Of a stretch of DNA of 64,000 bases, positions 7,750-17,600 are shown one piece after another; the first letter of the stretch is position 1; each line of letters opens with the position of its first letter. Made by a program: the position numbers and the translations under genes. The DNA lies in the NCBI GenBank assembly GCA_002269645.1, contig NIVC01000892.1, positions 1-64,000 of the forward strand, in the 5' to 3' direction. This DNA comes from Macrostomum lignano. Taxonomy: Eukaryota. The notes under the pieces are model-generated. The model was not told the origin of the DNA. It saw only the letters and a list, made by a program, of their open reading frames with translations, and did not search any database.

Positions 7750-9072
7750 ATGAACCATTTGCTTGGACCTGATATTGCTGCTCTTAAAAGTGAATTGTCG
7801 CTATTTGATCAAAGTCCTGTTCAGTTTAGTGTTTTGGATAATCGATATACTAACATTCAACCGCAACATGGTATTACAAAAGGATCACCTATCGAATTTG
7901 AAGTTGTGCCTGCAGGCGATTTGTATTTGGATCTACAAGAAACTGTGCTCACGGTATGCTTCAGCGTTAGTGATAGTGAAGGTGAACCTATAGATGCAAC
8001 GAAAAATTTTGTTTGTTTGAATAATTTGGTTATTGGAACATTGTTTGAGGACGTTCAATTTACTATTGGCGATACTGTAGTTGAAGGTGGTAGTTTTATG
8101 TATCCATACAAGGCTATGCTTCTTACATTACTGGAATATGGACATACAGCTCAGAAGGCTGGTTTACTGCCGTGGGGGTTTTACAAGGATACAGCTGGTA
8201 AAATGAATGCAACAAGTGAAAACGATGGACGAACAAAGAGGCAGGCGCTCATTGCTAACAATAGGCGGTGCACTGTATCGGGGCCGTTATTCTTGGATTT
8301 GTTTCGTCAGCCTCGGTATCTACTATCAAAGACACCACTACGGATCAAGCTCATACCGGCAAAAAGTAAATTTGTCCTGAGCGGGTCAACATTAGAAGCT
8401 GGTGCGGTTTTAAAAGACTATGAGATCAAGTTTTTGCGTGCAGAACTACGATTGCGGTTTGTTCAACCCTCGCCGAGTGTTATCAGTGCACATGCTCATG
8501 GACTTAAAAGTCACAATGCATTATATCCGCACCGAAGTCTAAGCCTTGGTACGTTTACTATACCCCGAGGATCGTCTAGCCATACGCATGAAAATTTGTT
8601 TCCTAGTGGGGTACCACGGCTTTTATTGATGGCAATCGTAAGCAACAAGGCATTCAATGGAAGCATGGACACAAATCCGTTCAACTTTGAGCATGCAAAT
8701 GTGAGCAGCATTGGTGTGTTTGTGAATGGAGACTCGGTACCATCGCGTCCGCTGCAGACAAACTTTGGAGATGATTGTGTGACAGAGTATAATTTTTTGC
8801 TACAACAGCTTGGAATCTATCTACAGGGACGAGATATTGGATTTAATATGCTGGATTACGCCAATGGTTACTCAATTTTTGCATTCAGTCTTGGAAGTGA
8901 ACCTGGTGTCGGACGGGGAGTGCAACTGTATAAGGAAGGAAATGTAAAACTAGAGTTACGCTTCAATGCTGCAACTAGTACCGTGTACAACGTCATATTT
9001 GGAGGTATATTTGACAAGCAACTGCAACTGACTGAACTTCGCGACATTGTTCCTGGCACAGTATGGAAGTAA
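7750..9072 (+). CDS. Major capsid protein (hexon-like, Polinton PY)
   Basis: KSELSLF..SPVQ..V......I.P......PIEF.V....DLYLDL..T.L motif; SGPLFLDLF.Q..YL; NPFNF; G...L...F at the C-terminus; 440-aa intact ORF. Confidence 0.92.
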   Translation: MNHLLGPDIAALKSELSLFDQSPVQFSVLDNRYTNIQPQHGITKGSPIEFEVVPAGDLYLDLQETVLTVCFSVSDSEGEPIDATKNFVCLNNLVIGTLFEDVQFTIGDTVVEGGSFMYPYKAMLLTLLEYGHTAQKAGLLPWGFYKDTAGKMNATSENDGRTKRQALIANNRRCTVSGPLFLDLFRQPRYLLSKTPLRIKLIPAKSKFVLSGSTLEAGAVLKDYEIKFLRAELRLRFVQPSPSVISAHAHGLKSHNALYPHRSLSLGTFTIPRGSSSHTHENLFPSGVPRLLLMAIVSNKAFNGSMDTNPFNFEHANVSSIGVFVNGDSVPSRPLQTNFGDDCVTEYNFLLQQLGIYLQGRDIGFNMLDYANGYSIFAFSLGSEPGVGRGVQLYKEGNVKLELRFNAATSTVYNVIFGGIFDKQLQLTELRDIVPGTVWK

Positions 9073-9626
9073 TTGATTCTATCCTAGATCGTGGTGTAAC
9101 AGATCGCTTCCTTCGCAATGTTGTATCGAAATTGTGCGCACATTTTTTAAATGTTGTATTTCTTGGTGTTTTTCCTCAAAACTTTGTTGGTGGACTTAGA
9201 CGCTTACCTTTAGACGGTAAAGACTATTTTTTTATCGTTAATACTGACGTCTCCAACCTGCCCGGAAAACATTGGGTATGCGTTTGGGTTTATGGTCATC
9301 GAGCAGGTCGCGGTAGCAAACGACTTGGTGAATATTTTGATTCTCTTGGTCTAGTACCATTGCCAAGAATAGCAAAATGGCTAGGAAAAGAATGTGGAAA
9401 TTCGAAAAATTGGTGTTATAGTCGCTTTGCTATCCAAGACCCACAGAGTGGAAGTTGTGGATTTTGGGTAATTTTTTATATTTTTCATAAGTTGACTACC
9501 AGAGGAAACCTAGAGTGTTTTATTCGAAGCGTTTTTAAACGGAATATAATTCGCACTGGTTCGTTTCGATACTTGTATGCTAAATTACGCAATTTTGTTT
9601 TACGAGTGCTGCCTCAATATTTGTAA
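9063..9626 (+). CDS. Adenain-like cysteine protease
   Basis: NTD....PGKHW (His), YFDSLG (Asp), IQDPQSGSCG (Gln/Cys); overlaps the MCP stop. Confidence 0.93.
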   Translation: MEVIDSILDRGVTDRFLRNVVSKLCAHFLNVVFLGVFPQNFVGGLRRLPLDGKDYFFIVNTDVSNLPGKHWVCVWVYGHRAGRGSKRLGEYFDSLGLVPLPRIAKWLGKECGNSKNWCYSRFAIQDPQSGSCGFWVIFYIFHKLTTRGNLECFIRSVFKRNIIRTGSFRYLYAKLRNFVLRVLPQYL

Positions 9627-10227
9627 ACTCGCTAATTTGTGCGTCAAATTGTGTTTGTATCTAGTTGAAATATACAATACTGCTTGAAAAGAAGAATTTA
9701 AATGCGTTAAGTTATACGCGAAATAAGCTTTGTGTCAAATTGAATTTTGGTTGGGCTTGTAATTAGCTGCATTCATTGCGGATAGAATTTAGGTGGATAG
9801 ACAGGTGTTTGCGTAAAAGTGATTCAGCTAATTGGTTAATTCATTGCGTAAAAGCTAGTTTGCGTGCACGGCAAATTTCAGACTCTGCCATTTTTTTGGG
9901 CCTGTACTTACTATGTATTTCGCCATAAGGAAATCGGCTTTGTGTCAAAAAAACGTATACTACTTCAACCGACGATTATTTATCGATGTCGGAAAAGTTA
10001 ATTCGAATAAACCTGACAGCACTATACCACTTCGACAGTAGATTAAGGGCTTAATTATCATGAAGGCAGCAGACCTGCAGGACCAGATGCAGTACACATT
10101 TGCAAGAGGCACAGGTTGCAACATGGGGAATACATCCTCTGTTTATTAGCCTGATCAGAATAGAGGGCTGATTCATCACGAAGCTTGGTCTTGGATACAA
10201 GGACTGCTTGAAAAGTACTTAATCGAT

Positions 10228-10546
10228 GGGGGTAGTCTAGTGGTTAGAGCGTCGGACTCACTCTGGAAGGTCGGGGGTTCGATTCCTGATCCCACTCGGT
10301 ACATTTTGTGTTCTTGACCAAGACAGTAACTCACTCTGCATTGCTTCAGTTCACCCAGCTGTAAAATGGGTGCCAGCATTAGCTGGGGGGGGGGGGTAAT
10401 TGAGGGGTGTGGCGACCCCCAGTCCTTGGACTGAACAGCCACCGTACGCAGCCTTCAGATGCGCCGCGCAATAGCTGCGGCTGGGCTGTCAGTTGCACAT
10501 CTGCCCACTAGAGCTGGTGTTATCACTTATTATCATTATTCATATT
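10228..10546 (+). mobile_element. tRNA-derived SINE, family 1 (CORE-like central domain)
   Basis: A box TAGTCTAGTGG, B box GGTTCGATTCC, body CTTGACCAAGAC...CACCCAGCTGTAAAATGGG, (TAT)-rich tail; two further copies in the window. Confidence 0.85.
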
Positions 10547-10695
10547 ACTTAAACGATACCTAAGTCGTGCTCGCATGGATAGCTACAGGCTTAGTAAAGC
10601 AGAAGGAGCAAATTAAATTTAACCTTACTTAGAAAGTATTTAATTTTGACACGATTGACACAACCTGCAAAACTCCCCGCTGTAATTATCAAGAC

Positions 10696-10862
10696 TAGGG
10701 GTGTTCGGGGTTCGGGGTTAGGTCGGGGTTCGGGGTCGGGATTAGGGGTCGGGGTTCGGGGTCCCGATGAATGTTCGGGATGGGGTTCGGGATTCCCGAA
10801 AGATGTTCGGGATCGGGGTTAACCCCGAACCCCGAAAAAAAATGCCATCCCGAACACCCCTA
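10696..10862. mobile_element. hAT-type MITE (167 bp)
   Basis: TIRs TAGGGGTGTTCGGG / CCCGAACACCCCTA; perfect 8-bp TSD ATCAAGAC at 10688-10695 and 10863-10870; internal TTCGGG(G) repeats. Confidence 0.9.
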
Positions 10863-12229
10863 ATCAAGACACTATACCTAATGATATAAAAATTAGCTAG
10901 ATCACAGAAGTAACTCAATTTTAGTAAATAAGCTACCAAGAGCAGTAACAGGTTTTATTTTCCTGTATATATCTTCTGCTTAAATGATAGAAATACTTTC
11001 AAACACACTGGTTTCTAAAGGCCCTATGAGTGCTAGGGCTCACATCTGTAACTCACCGAACCGAATATTATTCGAGGCACTATTCCAGGCACATAGGCGC
11101 AATGGAAATCAAATAATGGTTTGAGCGGGTAGGGTCAGCGCTCAAGCAGCTTCTCTCTCACAGGCAACCAGGCAAACCCCCCCCCAAAGCATTGGCTGTG
11201 AGTCTTCTGTGTCACTCGTTCGCAGGCTGCTGGCTTGGCACTCAAATCTCAGCTTCGTTTTTGTCTTTTGGCCATTGAGGCCGGCTAGTCTAGAGCTGGT
11301 CTGTTTGGATATGTACTCGTGGTTGCGGTCGAGATGAGTAGAGGTCGTTGTTTTTCCAGTGCTTACAAGCACCTTCACAGCAGATCCACACCCTGACCGT
11401 GAAATAAAACTTATAGATAAGCCTCTTTATTAGACTTTTGCCATTGTACTCCGCCAATTTCGTGCCAAGATTGGCTGCATAGAGGGGCCCCGGGGGGTGG
11501 GAAGGTGACCCGCAACAGCCTTCAGTTTGCATTTTTGCCCATGAAACGACAATTTATATGGTTTTTTCCCATATAATCGTTTCCTTCTGCCAACAAACAG
11601 TTCAGGAAGACAACGAACTATGGACTCGATGGTACTTTCTCTGTGTGATCTCTAGAGTCACATTCTCAAACTTCAGGCGAGGATCTTTCCTCTTCAATCA
11701 GTATATTTTATAAGCTAACACACTGTACGCGAGCAAGGAGGAATAGGGGAAGAAAGTGGAATGGGGAGGCCCAATAGGAGCCGTCGGCCAGAGGAGATTC
11801 ATGCATCACGCGAGGCTGGGCTTCTCGCTCGCCGATCATCGGGGCTATTTTTAGGCATGCAGATCTTGTGCATCTGGGGAGTTGCTGCCAAGGCTGGATG
11901 CTTGTTCACGCATCACGCGCGTGTCGGCTGATTTCTCCCACCCTCTTGCTAACGGCGCTTTCGTTTCACTTCACCCAGTCCATGCAACTAATGTACTCTA
12001 ATGTACTCAACTAATGTACTAAGGCACGAGCTTAAAATAAACAAATTGAACTACGTAGTATTGCTTGCGTCTGACATAAATTACAGGCTAGCTATAGTTA
12101 AAGCCCAGGCGTTTTTACTCACAATTCGTCCATTAAAAACCCAGCCACTGGAGCTTCGTGACCAGCAAGAAACATTCAACATTCTAGTAACAAGGAAAAC
12201 GTAAAGCAACAGCATTCAGGTGCCTGAAA

Positions 12230-13789
12230 ATGTCCGAGAACGTGCGCCAATTTGTCAGCAAGCTAGTTAGCGCCGAAGCTCTAGATAGTGCCAAAGATTT
12301 TTGCCTCGCCAATGGTAAAAGCCTGGCTGCAGCCACTGGAGCCGCGGTGGCGCTGCTGTACGCGGCCAGAGCTTACTATCGGGTTTATAGACTGCCACCA
12401 GGACCTCTGGGCTTGCCTATTCTTGGCAGGTTGCCCTGGCTCGACCTGAAACACTTGGAAGAGAGTCAGGAGAAGATGCGACATCAATACGGTGGTATCT
12501 ATTCGTACCGAATGGGCAGCCGCCTGATGATAGTTGTGTCCTCCTATGAGCTGCTCAAAGAGATGCTCAGCGAAGACGTCTTTTCTGGCAGGCAGTTGCC
12601 CCCAGCCGCTCAGCGGACGGCTCAAGATTGCGGAATACTCTTTGTCGAAGGTCGAGTCTGGTCTGAGCAACGAAGAGTGTCTCTACGGGTCCTGAGAGAC
12701 TTTGGCTTTGCTCGCACGGAATCTGTGGAGTTTATCAATGAAGAGATTTGCATCCTGATGGAAAAACTGGAGCAGCAACCGACTGAGGTCAAGGTGATCG
12801 ACCATTTTAATGCCCTGACTAACAGCGTCATTGCTATGCTCGTGTTCGGTAGGCGCTACGCCAACGAGGACAAAAGATACGAAAAATTCTTAGAGAATTC
12901 AAAGTTTCTCTTCGACGTAGGACTACTGAGTGAACTGCCGTTTCTCTTTCCCTACCTGTCCAAGTTGCTCAGTCTTTTGCCAATGACTAGAAAAATCGTT
13001 AAAACTGTCCAAGACATTCAAACGTTTATCGAGGAAGAGATTACTAAGCGAGAGGCTCTGATCTCTAGCGATGCTGATGCCGAAGGAACTTGCCTGTGCG
13101 ATGCCTACATTATAGAGCGCCGGAATGCTGAAGCCAAGGGTGACTTTGAGACGTTCAAAAAATTCCAGCTAGTCAGGGTTAGCATGGAACTGTTCGTTGC
13201 TGGCACCGATACCACGGCAAAGACGCTGGAGTGGCTCATGATCCACATGGCCGCGTTCCCGGAGGCGCAGGACAATGTCCAGGCGGAGATTCACCAAGTT
13301 GCTGGAACGGAGAGGCAGCCGCAGCTGTCGGACAAAGCGCAGCTGCACTACACGCAGGCTGTCATCGATGAGAGCATGCGGTTCGCATCTCTGGCTCCAA
13401 ATGCGATATCTCACAGAGCTATAAAAGACACGTACTTCCGAGGCTATCTCATTCCGGCCGACGCAGCCATTGTGCCATTCCTGTACGGACTGCATCGAAA
13501 CTCGAAGTACTGGAAGCGACCGCATACGTTTTATCCGGGTCACTTCCTGACCGAGGACGGCCGCTACGCTCCATCAAAGATGTTGGAACCGTTCTGCGTC
13601 GGCAAGCGGGCCTGTCCGGGCGAGAGTTTGGCCAAGTTGGAGATTTTCCTCACCTTCACGGCCATCATGCAGCGCTATCGGGTGAGATTCTCGCGCGACT
13701 ACGAGACTAAAGTGGACGATATTCTGCGCGGAGTGTGCGGCCTGGCCCGCGACGCGGGGGAGAACCGGCTGGACTTTGTGCGACTCTGA
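12230..13789 (+). CDS. Cytochrome P450, CYP2 clan, single coding exon
   Basis: PPGP hinge, I-helix AGTDTT, ExxR (ESMR), heme motif FCVGKRACPG; 519 aa intact. Confidence 0.95.
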   Translation: MSENVRQFVSKLVSAEALDSAKDFCLANGKSLAAATGAAVALLYAARAYYRVYRLPPGPLGLPILGRLPWLDLKHLEESQEKMRHQYGGIYSYRMGSRLMIVVSSYELLKEMLSEDVFSGRQLPPAAQRTAQDCGILFVEGRVWSEQRRVSLRVLRDFGFARTESVEFINEEICILMEKLEQQPTEVKVIDHFNALTNSVIAMLVFGRRYANEDKRYEKFLENSKFLFDVGLLSELPFLFPYLSKLLSLLPMTRKIVKTVQDIQTFIEEEITKREALISSDADAEGTCLCDAYIIERRNAEAKGDFETFKKFQLVRVSMELFVAGTDTTAKTLEWLMIHMAAFPEAQDNVQAEIHQVAGTERQPQLSDKAQLHYTQAVIDESMRFASLAPNAISHRAIKDTYFRGYLIPADAAIVPFLYGLHRNSKYWKRPHTFYPGHFLTEDGRYAPSKMLEPFCVGKRACPGESLAKLEIFLTFTAIMQRYRVRFSRDYETKVDDILRGVCGLARDAGENRLDFVRL

Positions 13790-14684
13790 ACTGCGAAGTT
13801 GAATTTTTGATTTTAATGGATATTTCTATTGTAACTTTAGATATTAAACTTTAAACACTAGATAGTCAGCATGCAGTGCAGCAGCTGATACATTTTCATG
13901 CAGTCTATTGGTGAGACTGCCGAGAATGGTCAGAAACATCCGTATATTTTTATATACATGTATCTGCTAATCTAGCTCTTAGCCCCAAATTTTCTACCGA
14001 CAAAAGACAAAATTGTTGGACGAAATTCTCAACCAAAAGCTAGGAGTTTCTGTTTTTAATCCAAACTAATAATAAAAACAAATTCACATCTGCAAAGCAT
14101 AACGCGTCTATATTTCAGATAAATTTATTCTATCAAAATAAAAAATCATTCGTCATGAATAAAAACAATTAAATAAACTAGGTGGAGTCTTTCCTATTTA
14201 CAATAACCATTACCAATAATAGATTGTTTTCCAAAAAACACAGTGAATATCAAATAGCCTGTATATAGGAGTTAATTAAAGCACCAGCAAACTCATTTAT
14301 AAATTAAAATAATCGGCAGTTCTTGGCAACAGTACAAAAATTAAGACGGTACACTAAAAGAAACAATAAAAATGCTAAATCACGCAAAAAAAATTTTCAT
14401 TTCTATCCAGATTAGAAAACTAACGCAAAATTAATATTACGCTATCCGATCTATAATATAGCTAATCTAGTAGTCAATAATCAATACATAACAGCAATGA
14501 TACTACTCGTATTACAGTAGTATTGGCCCAGAATACTCGAAAAGCCATGATGAGAAGAAAACATGGCATAAAAAATGAAAAATTATTGCCTTCTTTATTA
14601 GTTAACAATCGATACGATCGCAAAAGAATCACAGTTGCGCAATCAAGCGAAAAGTGAAACCAAATTTATAACAGAAAAGGTCAT

Positions 14685-17600
14685 TTAAACTCGTTTCAAA
14701 TGCGCCCTCAATATATAGGCGGCAACCAAGGCGCTGTTGACACTGCCGAGAAAGCCAAACGACCAGACGCCGAGATTGTCCAACATTAGGCCGCCTAGCG
14801 TTGGCGAAGCGATGCGAATAACGCTATTGATTGACATGTTGATGCCCAGTACAGAGCCTGCGGATTTTGATGGATGCAAGCTATGATTTGTACGGGCGAA
14901 TTGCACTCAAATTTGTGCTATTACAACGATTTTCAAAGTACATTAGCGTCTACTCTCATTCTTGGGTCCTATAGTGACGAGTGACCCTCAGAGAGTGCCT
15001 CATCAGAGAGGCTTACAGAGCGTGTTCTTGGGCGATTCTCAGTGATTTACTGACGACTCTCAAGGTGTGTTCTGAAGCCATTCCTAATGATTTACTGACG
15101 ACTCTCAAGGTGTGTTCTTGGGTGATTCTCAGTGATTTACTGACGACTCTCAAGGTGTGTTCTGAAGCCATTCCTAATGATTTACTGACGACTCTCAAGG
15201 TGTGTTATTGGGTGATTCTCAGTGATTTACTGACGACTCTCAAGGTGTGTTCTGAAGCCATTCCTAATGATTTACTGACGACTCTCAAGGTGTGCTCTGG
15301 GGCGATTCTCAGTGATTTAATGACGAATCTCAAAGTGTGTTCTGAAGCGATTCCTAATGATTTACTGACGACTCTCAAGGTGTGTTCTTGGGCGATTCTC
15401 AGTGATTTACTGACGACTCTCAAGGTGTGTTCTGAAGCGATTCCTAATGATTTACTGACAACTCTCAAGGTGTGTTCTGGAGCGATTCTCTGTGATTTAC
15501 TGACGAATCTCAAGGTGTGTTCTGAAGCGATTCCTAATGATTTACTGACGACTCTCAAGGTGTGTTCTGAAGCGATTCCTAATGATCTACTGACGACTCT
15601 AAAGGTGTGTTCTGGGGCGATTCTCAGTGATTTACTGACCACTTTTAAGGTGTGTTCTGAAGCGATTCCTAATGATCTACTGACGACTCTCAAGGTGTGT
15701 TCTGGGGCGATACTCAGTGATTTACTGACAGCTTGCTTTCACGCTGAGTTCAAGGGTGTTACTTTATGTCTGCAGAATATTTAGTATATTACTCTTATTA
15801 ATGGAATGTACCGCCTTTTTGAAACGGTAATAAAATTTTCGATTCTAAGTAGATAAATCACGACTTGATTACTTACCGGTATCCTCCAGCGACACAGCAT
15901 TGGTGAGCGCACTGCTTACCAGCACATTGATAAGTGTCAGGCCGATAACCAGAGGCAGAATGCACACGAATAAGTAGTAGATCTGGGTGCCAAGAAACGC
16001 CTGTAAAAGTGAGTTCACAGCATTAAGGAAAATAGCTGGAAAAGATGTGTATGCAAAAAAGATGTGTATCACGATCTATATAATTCAATGGTCAAAGCAC
16101 TTGCCAACATGAAATATCCCACTGTGAGAATGGCACAACCGACAGTCAGTAACAGGCTGTCGCTAAATCGTTTAGTCAGCACAGAGATGCCAAGACCTTG
16201 CACAGCCATTGACACTACAGCAACGTACGCCATCATAATTCCGCTAATCTGAGGCGTAGCGCCCAGCTGTTTGACAGAAATGATTGGCATCATGCTCTGC
16301 AGTAGGCCAATAGGAATTCCTGTGACAACTTTCACCGCCAGCAGCCAACGAGTTCGTCGATTCTTCACTAGGAACTCGGAGAATTTCGCCAAGTCGAATA
16401 CCTTAGCGCCTGATGAAGACGATTTGAAGCCAGCCTCATTGGCGTCATCTGCCGAGGAGGAGGCTGTTGAAGACTTTGACATAACAGGGGAAGCCTTCAG
16501 ATTAGCGGGGATGGTTAGCCAAACGGCTGACATGCTACCGAATGAGAGAACAGCCGCGATGAAGCAGGCGTAATGCTCACTGTTGAGAGGAGAGGTCGGA
16601 GAGAGGTGAACAAGTGTGTAGAGGTTTGGGCAATGTTTAACGACTCTCAATGTAGCTTAGGAGTGATTCTCGATTTTTTTACTAAAAGACTGTCAACGTG
16701 ATTCAGAAACCAGTGGCAATTTGTTTATTAAACGACTCTCAATGTGGTCTAGGAGCGAGTCTCGGGTGCTTAATGAACCACTCTCAGTGTGATCTAGGAG
16801 TGAGTCTCGGGTGCTTAATGAACCACTCTCAGTGTGATCTAGGAGTGAGTCTCGGGTGCTTAATGAACCACTCTCAGTGTGATCTAGGAGTGAGTCTCGG
16901 GTGCTTAATGAACCACTCTCAATGTGGTCTAGGAGTGAGTCTCGGGTGCTTAATGAACCACTCTCAATGTGGTCTAGGAGCGAGTCTCGGGTGCTTAATG
17001 AACCACTCTCAATGTGGTCTAGGAGTGAGTCTCGGGTGCTTAATGAACCACTCTCAGTGTGATCTAGGAGTGAGTCTCGGGTGCTTAATGAACCACTCTC
17101 AATGTGGTCTAGGAGTGAGTCTCGGGTGCTTAATGAACCACTCTCAGTGTGATCTAGGAGTGAGTCTCGGGTGCTTAATGAACCACTCTCAATGTGGTCT
17201 AGGAGCGAGTCTCGGGTGCTTAATGAACCACTCTCAGTGTGATCTAGGAGTGAGTCTCGGGTGTTTAATGAACCACTCTCAATGTGGTCTAGGAGCGAGT
17301 CTCGGGTGCTTAATGAACCACTCTCAGTGTGATCTAGGAGTGAGTCTCGGGTGTTTAATGAACCACTCTCAATGTGGTCTAGGAGTGAGTCTCGGGTGCT
17401 TAATGAACCACTCTCAATGTGGTCTAGGAGTGAGTCTCGGGTGCTTAATGAACCACTCTCAATGTGGTCTAGGAGTGAGTCTCGGGTGCTTAATGAACCA
17501 CTCTCAATGTGGTCTAGGAGTGAGTCTCGGGTGCTTAATAAACCACTCTCAATGTGGTCTAGGAGCGAGTCTCGGGTGCTTAATAAACCACTCTCAATGT

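Larger units (their letters stand above)
2424..8935 (+). promoter_or_regulatory. Eight TATAAG motifs (2424, 3586, 4635, 5030, 5855, 7240, 7592, 8929), candidate viral promoter elements
   Basis: Each lies 21-158 nt upstream of a viral ATG; six of the eight read TATAAGC. Function is inferred. Confidence 0.55.
1..9912 (+). mobile_element. Endogenous Maverick/Polinton (adintovirus-like) element, right portion; left end outside the window
   Basis: Compact co-oriented cluster of hallmark genes: packaging ATPase, penton, retroviral-type integrase, double jelly-roll-type major capsid protein and adenain protease, with abutting or overlapping stops and starts. Candidate right terminus ...GTACTTACT at 9912 fits the Polinton 5'-AG...CT-3' rule, but the boundary is unverified. 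Confidence 0.93.

Noticed and set aside
10228-10300. tRNA genes here and at 20740, ~26990-27050, 42089-42160 and 48890-48964
   Set aside because: A/B boxes are present but acceptor stems do not pair, and most continue into shared SINE bodies; the 26990 copy is an isolated degenerate head.
11142-11660. Small minus-strand gene divergent from the P450
   Set aside because: Short ORFs with no recognisable domain or consistent exon chain; cannot be supported without RNA data.
12281-13543. Antisense ORFs within the P450 (and similar ones within the viral, F-box and BRIP1 genes)
   Set aside because: Shadows of real coding sequence on the opposite strand; no motifs.
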